A DNA stretch of 32,000 bases from assembly GCF_000253055.1 (NCBI RefSeq), contig NC_016070.1:900001-932000 (forward strand), written 5' to 3'. How positions within the stretch are numbered: position 1 is the first letter of the stretch; each line of letters begins with the position of its first letter. Position numbers and translations under genes: made by a program. The notes below the pieces were generated by a model. That model had not been told where the DNA came from, ran no database searches, and saw only the letters and a program-made list of their open reading frames with translations. This DNA comes from Thermoproteus tenax Kra 1 (lineage in GTDB: Archaea > Thermoproteota > Thermoprotei > Thermoproteales > Thermoproteaceae). Below are positions 22,605 through 30,607 of this stretch, one piece after another.

Positions 22605-23759
22605 ATGTTGGAGATCCTCGCGTTTCTAGCCTCTGTGGCCTTGATAATAGGCGGCACTCTCTCGCGGAAGATCGACGTTGCAGCGTCCCTCGCCGCCGGC
22701 GCATTGCTGTACGGCGCAATGACCCTCGGGCCGCGCGCGCTCGAGGCCACGATCTCGTCCTTCAACTACTCTATGTTCGAGGTCCTTTCCTCCCTAATAT
22801 TGGCCATGGCGTTAGGATACCTCATGAGGATGAGGCGGGAGGCAATCGCCAGCGGGCTCATCGCAGTGGGCCCCCGTTTCGCGGCCTTCGCCATTCCGGC
22901 GGCCATCGGCTTGTTGCCCATGCCGGGCGGAGCCTACATCTCGGCAGTTGTGGCCGACCCGCTCTACAACAAGATGGGGTTGGGAGGTGCCCAGAGGAGC
23001 TTCCTAAACTACTGGATGCGCCACATATGGATACCCATATGGCCTCTGTTCCAGGGTGTCTTGATAACGGCGGCGGTATTAAACGTCCCAGTGCTCCGCG
23101 TCATATCGTGGTCTTGGCCGGCCAGCGTAGCGGCTCTAGTGGCAGGCGTGGCGGTGGGGGCGAGGGAGGTCAGAAGGGCCGAGGCCGAGGGCAGGCTCAA
23201 GGACCTTGTCTCTCTGTGGCCTCTGTTGGCTGTGGCCGCGCTCTCCCTCATAGCGCCCATATATATAGCTGTGGCCGCGGCCCTAGCCCTTTTCGTGGCC
23301 GTCCACAGGCCAGGCGGGCCCGCTATGGCCGAGGCCTTCAGATACGCTCTAACCCCCCGCATAATGGCCATAATCGTCTTCTCGCTTATGTTCTCAGAAT
23401 ATATAAGGGCCAGCGGCTTGAGCGAGCTCCTCGCCTCACGCCTTGGGGCAGCGGCGCCCCTAGCCGCGTTCTTGGTGCCCTTTCTCGTTGGTCTCGCCAC
23501 CGGCGTCGAGTTCACCTTCGCGGCCCTGGCCTTCCCGCCCCTGGCGCCGCTGTTACATGGCTACCGCCTAGCGGTCGCGTTCCTGGGCGGCTTTCTCGGC
23601 GTTATGTTGAGCCCGGCGCACAGCTGTTTTGTCCTAACTACCGACTATTACAAGGCTGAATATAGAGATGTCTACCGGCTCCTCATAAGAGCCATGCTCG
23701 CTGCGTTGGCTGCGGGCCTCCCCTTGTTCTGGGCCTTAGGCGCCCTATCGCCCGCGTAA
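22605..23759 (+). CDS. Polytopic membrane permease, DUF401-like / ion-transporter superfamily
   Basis: I trimmed the track ORF to ATG 22605 (MLEILAFLASVALIIGG). About 384 aa with 10 or more hydrophobic segments. The LPMPGGAYISA motif resembles DUF401-family proteins. The family call is tentative. Confidence 0.6.
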   Translation: MLEILAFLASVALIIGGTLSRKIDVAASLAAGALLYGAMTLGPRALEATISSFNYSMFEVLSSLILAMALGYLMRMRREAIASGLIAVGPRFAAFAIPAAIGLLPMPGGAYISAVVADPLYNKMGLGGAQRSFLNYWMRHIWIPIWPLFQGVLITAAVLNVPVLRVISWSWPASVAALVAGVAVGAREVRRAEAEGRLKDLVSLWPLLAVAALSLIAPIYIAVAAALALFVAVHRPGGPAMAEAFRYALTPRIMAIIVFSLMFSEYIRASGLSELLASRLGAAAPLAAFLVPFLVGLATGVEFTFAALAFPPLAPLLHGYRLAVAFLGGFLGVMLSPAHSCFVLTTDYYKAEYRDVYRLLIRAMLAALAAGLPLFWALGALSPA

Positions 23760-23808
23760 CGGCGCCTTTGCGTGAAAGGTTTTTATATAGCTCGAGAGGT
23801 GAAGGGCG

Positions 23809-25368
23809 GTGGCTAAATACGTGGTGGATATCTCTACGTTGTTGGACGGTTCGCTCAAGGAGGCCGTCATCTCCGGGGCTGTGAGAGGCTCGGTCCTCGT
23901 CCCCGAGGAGGCCCTGGACTATCTGGAGCGTCTGGCGAGGCAGGGCGACGGCGTGGGTCTAATAGGCATGGAGGAGCTGAGGGATCTAAGGAGCGCGATT
24001 GAGAAGTTGGGCCTAGGCGATTTGGTCAAACTGGAGTTCATCACGGCGGGCCGCAGGGGGGCCGAGCCCGACGAGTTGCCCTCCATCGTGAGGAGGTTGG
24101 CCAAGGAGAACGGCGCAGTGGTGGTAACGAGCGATCCCTTCCTGCGCGATTCGGCGGCGGCCATGGGGCTGGAGGTGCTCTATCTGGGGCGGGAGAGACA
24201 GAGTTTGACAATAGAGAAGTTCTTCGGGAAGGACGTTATGTCTGTGCACCTAAAGGAGGGAGTGCCTCCGCAGGCTAAGGCGGGGAGGCCGGGGAGCTGG
24301 CGCCTCGTCAGACTCTCCGACGAGCCTATGACGCGCCAACAGCTCGAGGTCATAGCGAGGGAGTTGGTGTCGGAGGCCGTGAGGGGCTCGGGCGCCACAA
24401 AGCTCGAGATACGGAGGCCGCACTCGATGATAATACAACACAAGGACCTCCGCATAGTGGTCACGTTTCCGCCCGTCTCAGACGGACTTGAGATAACCGC
24501 CGTAAAGCCGTTGGTCAAGAGGAGGTTGGAGGACTACGGCCTAGATCCCAAGATAGTCGATAGGCTCGAGAAAAGCGCCGAGGGGATACTCATCTCCGGG
24601 CCGCCGGGAGCCGGCAAGACGACGTTCGCGCAAGCGCTCGCCGAGTTTTATCTCTCCAAGGGCAGGATCGTGAAGACGATTGAGTCGCCTAGGGATATGG
24701 TTTTGGACAGAGCCATTACTCAGCTCTCCAAAAACTACGCCACCTCGGAGGAGCTCCACGACTTGCTCCTGCTGTCGCGCCCCGACTACACCATATTCGA
24801 CGAGATGAGGGACACGGCTGACTTCCAACTGTACGTGGATCTAAGGCTCGCCGGCGTGGGGATGGTGGGCGTGGTGCACGCCACGTCCCCCATCGACGCT
24901 GTGCAGAGGTTCGTGAGGAGGGTCGAGCTGGGCATGATACCGTCTATAATAGACACAGTGATATTCATGAAGGACGGCGAAGTCAAAAAGGTGTACTCTC
25001 TCGCTATGACCGTCAAAGTGCCCGCGGGCATGAGGGAGGAGGACCTATCCAGGCCGGTGGTAGTAGTCAAGGACTTCCTTACGGGCGAGCCCGAGTTCGA
25101 GATATACGTCTTCGGCGAGGAGACCTTTGTAGTCCCGCTGAAGAGGGGGGAGGGCCGTGCGCCGAGCAAGAAGCTGTACTCGGCGGTGATCTCGGCGTTG
25201 AAACGCTACGTGCCGCCGCAAGAGATCCGAGTGGAGGAGGGCGAGGACGGCGTCGTGGTAGTCAAAGTGCCCGAGGAGTATCTCTCAGTAGTTGTGTCGA
25301 GGGGAGTAAACAAGCTCGAGAAGCTCAGGAGGAGGTTCGCCGTGGATTTCAGAGTGGAGCCCCTGTGA
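23809..25368 (+). CDS. PIN-domain / PilT-family ATPase / KH-domain protein (COG1855 type)
   Basis: 519-aa ORF with a GTG start. The N-terminal PIN-like region runs MAKYVVDISTLLDG...VVTSDPFLRDSAAAMGLEVLYL. Walker A is ISGPPGAGKTTFA and Walker B is YTIFDEMRD. The C-terminal KH-like region is VVVKVPEEYLSVVVSRGVNKLEKLRRRF. TATA TTTTTATATAG at about 23780-23790. Confidence 0.88.
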   Translation: MAKYVVDISTLLDGSLKEAVISGAVRGSVLVPEEALDYLERLARQGDGVGLIGMEELRDLRSAIEKLGLGDLVKLEFITAGRRGAEPDELPSIVRRLAKENGAVVVTSDPFLRDSAAAMGLEVLYLGRERQSLTIEKFFGKDVMSVHLKEGVPPQAKAGRPGSWRLVRLSDEPMTRQQLEVIARELVSEAVRGSGATKLEIRRPHSMIIQHKDLRIVVTFPPVSDGLEITAVKPLVKRRLEDYGLDPKIVDRLEKSAEGILISGPPGAGKTTFAQALAEFYLSKGRIVKTIESPRDMVLDRAITQLSKNYATSEELHDLLLLSRPDYTIFDEMRDTADFQLYVDLRLAGVGMVGVVHATSPIDAVQRFVRRVELGMIPSIIDTVIFMKDGEVKKVYSLAMTVKVPAGMREEDLSRPVVVVKDFLTGEPEFEIYVFGEETFVVPLKRGEGRAPSKKLYSAVISALKRYVPPQEIRVEEGEDGVVVVKVPEEYLSVVVSRGVNKLEKLRRRFAVDFRVEPL

Positions 25369-25426
25369 ACAAAAAAGTTCACTTAAATGAATCGAAACGA
25401 ATATATTACTCCCCATCCCAGATACC

Positions 25427-26260
25427 GTGGCCGTCGATCAGTATTACCAATACTACGAGGACAGGGCGCCGACCGGCGTCTGGTACGTTGACCAACTCCT
25501 GGGGGGAGGATTCAAGAGGGGCGAGATCTACTTGGTGGCCGGAGAGGCGGGCCAAGGCAAGACCATATTCAGTCTCCAGTTCTTGAAGACTGGGGCGGAG
25601 CTGTACGATGAGCCCGGCCTGTATATAACTGTCGACGAGCCCTCTGAGGACGTCAAAAGGGGCGTCAAATCATCGTTGGGCTGGGATCTGGACATACTGG
25701 AGGAACAACAGAAGTTGGTCTTCGTGGATCTGCGTACCCATTTCAAGGCCTATACTCAAAACGAGAAGGTTGTGGCGGACCCGAGGGAGATCGCGAAGGT
25801 TATAATAGACAACGTGAGGAAGTACGGCATTAGGAGGCTCGTCGTTGACCCCATAGCGCCTCTGCTGATAACGTCTCACACAGACATATTATGGGTGAGG
25901 GAGTATATGAGGGAGCTGGTGTTTCAGCTGAGGAAGCTGAAGGACGTGACCACTCTAATGACCTCGGAGATCCCCACGGGGGAGAACAAAATAAGCAGAT
26001 TCGGCGTTGAGGAATATCTGGCGAGCGGCGTGATCAAGCTGGAGCTACAAGAGTACAGAGGCTTCGTCTTCAGAGTCATGTTCATAAGGAAGATGAGGTG
26101 GACTCCCGTTAGGCCCCAGAAGCTCGTCTTCGAGATATATCCGCAGTACGGCATATACGTTATAGACAGACTGGAGAACTTCCTCAAGTCGATAGATAGA
26201 TTCTACGCAGAGGTCTCGCAGCCCGCCCAAGAGTATCAGGAGTACGCCGCTGTTAGATAG
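25427..26260 (+). CDS. Single-domain KaiC-like / RadA-paralog ATPase
   Basis: 277-aa ORF with a GTG start. GVWYVDQLLGGGFKRGEIYLVAGEAGQGKTIFSLQFL is the classic KaiC N-terminal motif plus Walker A. Walker B is RLVVDPI. Confidence 0.88.
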   Translation: MAVDQYYQYYEDRAPTGVWYVDQLLGGGFKRGEIYLVAGEAGQGKTIFSLQFLKTGAELYDEPGLYITVDEPSEDVKRGVKSSLGWDLDILEEQQKLVFVDLRTHFKAYTQNEKVVADPREIAKVIIDNVRKYGIRRLVVDPIAPLLITSHTDILWVREYMRELVFQLRKLKDVTTLMTSEIPTGENKISRFGVEEYLASGVIKLELQEYRGFVFRVMFIRKMRWTPVRPQKLVFEIYPQYGIYVIDRLENFLKSIDRFYAEVSQPAQEYQEYAAVR

Positions 26261-27466
26261 CTAGGCGACTCTGCGGAAGGCCACTCTCCTCTCAGAGGGG
26301 TCCAGTTGGAATTTAAACTTCAGAGGCTCTATATGCTCGGGCGTATGCGCTATCAAGGCGTCCCGCTCAAACATGAATACGTAATCGGGTATCCCGCCCA
26401 ACGTGAGAGATATCCTTTTCCACACGTCGTGCGAATTGACGATTAGCACAGTCGTCACTCTCCTCTCCAGTCTCGATTGATACACTTGCGAGGCCTCCAA
26501 TAGAATCTCGTCCCCAGCCACCGTGACCACCTGTTCGTACTGATCGGCGAAATGTACATCTATGTTCAACCGGTTCACCAACTCCGCCGCTTTATACCAC
26601 CATGTTATAGACGCGTGTTCGCCCACAGGGTGGTAGTACCAAGTCAGATTGGGGTGCTTGACCTTTGCCCCCAAGGACTCGGCGAATTTGGCGAAGGTCG
26701 GAATCAGCTTGTGGTGGTGATACAAGACTTTTTTACCTGCCCTAGCTAACATGGACGCCGTCAAGACCATGAGCTTGCTCGCCAGCCCGTCCTCCGGGCC
26801 CACCACGACTACGTAGCTCCCAGCGATCACTCCGCCGTTTAGCTCTCTGTCAACAACGGGATCTCCTGTGGTGAGCCTCTCCTCCGGCGCCTCTCTGGCC
26901 TCTTGAGGCGGCGTGATTATCTTGGGACCTCCTTCGTCAAGGAGGAAGGTGTACGTGTTTAGATGTAGCGGCTGCCCCCTGCTTTTGACCACAGTGAGGT
27001 AGCGCATCAACTGGCCGGTCTTGCTAGCTCTATACGACAAGACTATAATATTGTCCGCTATATAGTCCGCGGGTCCGACCTCCTCGCCCTCCTTTATTAA
27101 GACGGTGGGCATTAAGGCTGAGACGAAGTGATACATAAGCGAGTGGACCACCTCCCTCTCGCCCTCATTAGTGAGGGCGTTTAGCCCGTCGATCACTACG
27201 AAGTCGGGCTTGATCTCGGCTATCTTCTTGAGAATTATCTCGACGAGCTCCTTGTGGCTGGAGGTAGATATCAGGTCGAATATGTGGCGCGGTGGCTCTA
27301 TGCCCATCGACGTCAGAAACTTTATAAGCCTGTTTCTGTTCTCGTAGAAGGTGAACCACGCCGAGTTTTTATATCTGTTGGCCACGGAGGCGGCCAAGGC
27401 GGTCTTCCCGGAGCCTGGCGGGCCCTTTATTAGGGTCAGCCCCTCGGAGAATAGCCTCTCCAACAC
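26261..27466 (-). CDS. Two-domain KaiC-like ATPase (degenerate second P-loop), paralog of 20498..21601
   Basis: 401-aa ORF with a GTG start, Walker A GPPGSGKT and Walker B FVVIDGL. The P-loop position in the second domain reads VVVVGPEDGLASKL. Its stop codon (26261-26263) abuts the stop (26258-26260) of the convergent KaiC-like gene with a 0-nt gap. Confidence 0.85.
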   Translation of the reverse strand: MLERLFSEGLTLIKGPPGSGKTALAASVANRYKNSAWFTFYENRNRLIKFLTSMGIEPPRHIFDLISTSSHKELVEIILKKIAEIKPDFVVIDGLNALTNEGEREVVHSLMYHFVSALMPTVLIKEGEEVGPADYIADNIIVLSYRASKTGQLMRYLTVVKSRGQPLHLNTYTFLLDEGGPKIITPPQEAREAPEERLTTGDPVVDRELNGGVIAGSYVVVVGPEDGLASKLMVLTASMLARAGKKVLYHHHKLIPTFAKFAESLGAKVKHPNLTWYYHPVGEHASITWWYKAAELVNRLNIDVHFADQYEQVVTVAGDEILLEASQVYQSRLERRVTTVLIVNSHDVWKRISLTLGGIPDYVFMFERDALIAHTPEHIEPLKFKFQLDPSERRVAFRRVA

Positions 27467-27487
27467 ATTTCTGAGAGGAATCGAGTT

Positions 27488-28039
27488 TTAAAGTAGTTTG
27501 CCCACGGCGAAGATCAGAGGAAACCTCCTCTTTATCGCTACGTTGAAGTAGGGGGACAGAGCCTCGGTGAGGCACCTCGCAGTACAGCTGTGCCCGCCTG
27601 CATAGATCCTATCTCCATCCACCTCGACGGCCAGGAAGACCCCGCCCTCCCGCAACACCGACGCGGCGGCGCGCACAGACTCATCGTGGGGCCCCCAGTG
27701 GTGCAACGTGAAGAGAGCGACGCCGGCGTCGAAGCTGCGCCGTTTAAACGGGAGGGCCCAGCTGGCGCCAGCTACAAGGCCGGCCGAGGTCCTCCTCACG
27801 GCGCGCCGCAACATGGCGGTGGAGATGTCCGCTCCGTACAGCCTATAGCCGAATCTCTCCATCCTCTGCAACATGCGCCCGACTCCCGGGCCTATTTCAA
27901 GGACTCTGGCGCCCGGCGGCACCAACCGTGCAAGCTCCTTTATAGTGGCCGAGTAGGCCCACTCGAAGAGCCTCAGTCTGACTAGCCACTCGTAGACCCT
28001 CGCCCCCCTCTCGTCGAAATACTCAAAATGCCCCTCCAT
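27488..28039 (-). CDS. Class I SAM-dependent methyltransferase
   Basis: I trimmed the track ORF to ATG 28037-28039 (MEGHFEYFDERGARVYEW). The Arg/Gly/Pro-rich upstream extension overlaps the acyP gene, and AATAATTAAATC (minus) lies about 25 nt upstream of this ATG. Motif I is VLEIGPGVGRM, followed by YGADIS. Confidence 0.8.
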   Translation of the reverse strand: MEGHFEYFDERGARVYEWLVRLRLFEWAYSATIKELARLVPPGARVLEIGPGVGRMLQRMERFGYRLYGADISTAMLRRAVRRTSAGLVAGASWALPFKRRSFDAGVALFTLHHWGPHDESVRAAASVLREGGVFLAVEVDGDRIYAGGHSCTARCLTEALSPYFNVAIKRRFPLIFAVGKLL

Positions 28040-28065
28040 CGTAGGGCCATGAAATGTAGATTTAA

Positions 28066-28359
28066 TTATTGGCGCGGCGTGGGCAATATCTTGAAGTCGG
28101 TGAACTCGCCGCGGAAGTCCTCGAAGACGACGTCCACTCCCTCCACCTTGGCCCCCGGGGGCCCTACGCGGGCCCACTCGAGGACTTTGTGGACGGCCCA
28201 CTCCTCCCCCTCCAGCACGGCCTCAACCGTCGTGTGATCTGGAAGGTTCCTCACCCAGCCGTATACTCCATAGCGCAACGCAACATCCCTCATGGACCTT
28301 CTGAAGTTGACTCCTTGCACCCTCCCCCTTATGAGGAGGTGCACCCTCACCTTCGCCAT
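28066..28359 (-). CDS. acyP: Acylphosphatase
   Basis: [50 protein letters not shown] carries the acylphosphatase signatures (V.G.VQGV.FR and G.V.N). About 97 aa from ATG 28359. Confidence 0.9.
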   Translation of the reverse strand: [97 protein letters not shown]

Positions 28360-28439
28360 ACCGGAATGGTGGGACACAGTTTTAAGGTTTTTAGGCTAAG
28401 GCCTACTCAAAGTTTAATAATTAGGCGTTAATTGTACTT

Positions 28440-29549
28440 ATGGTCGTAGTCACCTTGGAGAACGTGGACAAAATATTTCCGCCCAACGTTGTGGCGCTGA
28501 AGGATATAAATTTGAAGATAAACGACGGCGAGTTTTTCGTCGTGTTGGGGCCCTCGGGACACGGCAAGACGACCTTTCTGAGAGTTCTGGCCGGGCTGGA
28601 GGTGCCCACCAGGGGGCGGATAATGTTCGACTCCGAGGTCATAGTTGACACAGAGAGGGGGATATTCGTCGACCCTCCCAAGAGGAACGTCGGAATGGTC
28701 TTTCAGAACTGGGCCCTCTACCCACATATGAAGGTCTTCGACAACATCGCATTTCCGCTCAAGATCAAGAGGCTCCCCAAGAGGGAGATAGAGGCCAGAG
28801 TGAGAGAGATCGCCGAGATATTGGGGATCGGAGACCTATTGGACAGATATCCGAGACAGCTCTCCGGCGGACAACAACAGAGGGTGGCCATAGCTAGAGC
28901 GCTAGTCAAGAGGCCCCGGTTGCTCCTGTTGGACGAGCCCTTCTCCAATCTGGACGCCAGGATCCGCATCAGCGCAAGGGCCTTTGTGAAGAGGCTCCAG
29001 AGGGAGCTGAAGATAACGACGATACTCGTCACCCACGACCAACAGGACGCCTACTCTGTGGCCGACCGTCTGGCCGTCTTAAGGAGGGGCGTCATACAAC
29101 AAGTGGGCAACGTAGAGGATCTGTTGGACAGGCCCGCGAACCTCTTTGTGGCGACCTTCTTGGGGGACCCGCCCATGAATATATTCGAGGGTAAGATAAT
29201 AAGGGAGGGAGGCTCATATATCGCCGACGCAGGCAGCCTCAAGATACCGCTGCCGGACGCCCCCTCGCTGGGAGGATATGTAGGGAGAAAGGTGTTTGTG
29301 GGGATCAGGCCGGCCGACATCTACATAGCCCCGGAGCCCCAGAGTAGAGAGCATGCCGTTCTCCGAAGCGGGAGAGTAAAGCTTGTCGAAGTGACCGGTT
29401 TCGTCACCACCGCGCTGGTGGAGTGGGACGGGCTGGAGGCGCGCGTCCAAGTGATCGGCAGAGCTCCCGAGGAGGGCTCCGAAGTACCTGTATATGTAAA
29501 TGTGGGCAAGGTGAAGATCTTCGGCGATGACGAGAGAGCAATAACGTGA
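28440..29549 (+). CDS. ABC transporter ATP-binding protein, MalK/UgpC/GlcV-type (carbohydrate importer ATPase)
   Basis: 369-aa ORF with Walker A GPSGHGKTT, signature LSGGQQQRVAIARAL and Walker B LLLDEPFSNLD, plus a roughly 130-aa C-terminal regulatory (TOBE/MalK-like) domain. No permease or binding-protein gene is adjacent. Confidence 0.92.
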   Translation: MVVVTLENVDKIFPPNVVALKDINLKINDGEFFVVLGPSGHGKTTFLRVLAGLEVPTRGRIMFDSEVIVDTERGIFVDPPKRNVGMVFQNWALYPHMKVFDNIAFPLKIKRLPKREIEARVREIAEILGIGDLLDRYPRQLSGGQQQRVAIARALVKRPRLLLLDEPFSNLDARIRISARAFVKRLQRELKITTILVTHDQQDAYSVADRLAVLRRGVIQQVGNVEDLLDRPANLFVATFLGDPPMNIFEGKIIREGGSYIADAGSLKIPLPDAPSLGGYVGRKVFVGIRPADIYIAPEPQSREHAVLRSGRVKLVEVTGFVTTALVEWDGLEARVQVIGRAPEEGSEVPVYVNVGKVKIFGDDERAIT

Positions 29550-29603
29550 GGCCAGAAACGGCTCCGGTTGCCCTCAGCGATTGTGCGCGCCCTTCGACGC
29601 ATG

Positions 29604-29800
29604 AATAAAGGGGACGCTGTGGGTCCGTCCGCCGTTTGTCCCCTAGGCGCTCGCTGCTAGTAATTCTTAATTCGCGTCCAGGCACTTCCTCCTAGCCCTC
29701 GCATTCGCCGGCGCCTAGGGCACCTCGGGCACAGAGCCATCGGACATGGGGCAGCGGCCCCCCAGAAGTAGCCGCGGCTGGGATCGTGGGACTGCCCCCC
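29604..29800 (-). ncRNA. Structured GC-rich RNA candidate, about 195 nt, class unresolved (minimal type-T RNase P RNA is one hypothesis)
   Basis: It lies in a 385-nt gap with no credible ORF. On the minus strand a TTAAATAT box (29815-29822) is followed about 20 nt later by a G-run (29795-29800). A perfect 10-bp long-range helix forms between 29641-29650 and 29711-29720. Further helices form between 29748-29754 and 29792-29798 (7 bp) and between 29761-29765 and 29778-29782 (5 bp). The 5' and 3' ends pair (29794-29799 with 29610-29615), immediately followed by UUUAUU (29604-29609). Confidence 0.4.
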
Positions 29801-29864
29801 GCTGTTGTAAGCACATATTTAAGCTCCCCGTCTGCGCAGAAAAACGCGGACTCTCAACTACTAC

Positions 29865-29896
29865 GAAGAAGAAAAACCGCCCTCTGGGCTCCAGAG
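29865..29896 (-). terminator. Hairpin plus T-tract terminator candidate for the DsbA-like gene
   Basis: Minus strand: CUCUGG-AGC-CCAGAG (29882-29896), then GGGCGG, then UUUUUCUUCUUC (29865-29876). It begins about 40 nt after the stop at 29935. Confidence 0.5.
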
Positions 29897-29934
29897 TATC
29901 GTGGCACAAGACTTTGCCAGATATATAATATCAT

Positions 29935-30510
29935 CTACGTCCTCTTATGAAGCTCTATATATTTTTTGATAAGATTCTCTACATCAATATATCCATCTTT
30001 AACCTCGATCGCTTTCCCTCCGTCGACTAACAACGCCGTCGGCACTCCAGAGACGACGGCTCCGAGCGCCAGTGCGTATTCGTGCGCGAGCTCGTAGGCG
30101 AGCTCCGGATCGCCGGCCAGCCTGCCCAATTTGGCCCCCAAGCAGTCCCCGAGCCGCCCGAACTTGGCCTCGGCGATCTCCAACTGCCTCTGTATGGCCT
30201 TACGTTCATCTCTGACCTCCGAGGTCACTCTGAATAGCTCCAAGAGATATTTCACTCTCTCCGCCGGCTCGTCCACGCAGAAGGCGGACGCGTTGACGAG
30301 GTAGCTTCCCTCCGCCGTCTTCACCTCGCCTAGATCTTTCCATATAGAGTAGTGCACGGGCAGATAGACAAGCTCGAAGTAGGCGCCTGAGGAGAGCAGC
30401 TCGTGCCAAACGTTCAGAGCAGCTCTGGCGCAGAACGGGCAGTTCACGTCGTAGAACTCGACTAAGTAGGGGTTGTCCCTCTCGCCCACCCTAGTGACTA
30501 AGGCGTCCAT
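29935..30510 (-). CDS. DsbA-like thioredoxin-fold thiol:disulfide oxidoreductase
   Basis: 191-aa ORF. A CPFC active-site motif (YDVNCPFCARA) sits near the N-terminus, followed by a helical insertion and a C-terminal GVPTALLVDG segment (the cis-Pro loop region of DsbA-type folds). Confidence 0.75.
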   Translation of the reverse strand: MDALVTRVGERDNPYLVEFYDVNCPFCARAALNVWHELLSSGAYFELVYLPVHYSIWKDLGEVKTAEGSYLVNASAFCVDEPAERVKYLLELFRVTSEVRDERKAIQRQLEIAEAKFGRLGDCLGAKLGRLAGDPELAYELAHEYALALGAVVSGVPTALLVDGGKAIEVKDGYIDVENLIKKYIELHKRT

Positions 30511-30607
30511 GGAAAACTTGAGTGGTTCTGAAGTATATTAGTTTTCGGCCGCGGCTGCGCCTAGACAATTGGTTGCAAGAAATTAATTTCCATGTGAACT
30601 TTCGTTT

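Noticed and set aside
23009-23659. 168-aa (-) and 210-aa (+) ORFs inside the 22605..23759 permease gene
   Set aside because: Both are Arg/Gly/Ala-rich alternative frames of a GC-rich membrane-protein gene, with no promoter context.
29604-29800. SRP RNA or 5S rRNA identity for the structured RNA candidate
   Set aside because: CACGAUCCCAGC...CUGGG resembles an SRP Alu-domain hairpin, and the plus strand CCCCAGAAGUAGCCGC resembles 5S CCCGGAAGUUAAGCC. However, the universal SRP helix-8 motif (GGAA tetraloop followed in register by AGCA) and helix 6 are absent, the length is about 100 nt too short for an archaeal SRP RNA, and the highly conserved 5S loop C/helix III sequence is not present. A permuted arrangement cannot be excluded without a covariance-model scan.
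29715-29928. 60-64-aa ORFs on both strands in the 29.55-29.93 kb gap
   Set aside because: They have Arg/Pro/Gly-rich junk-like composition and no TATA/start geometry. The region is better explained by RNA structure plus a terminator.
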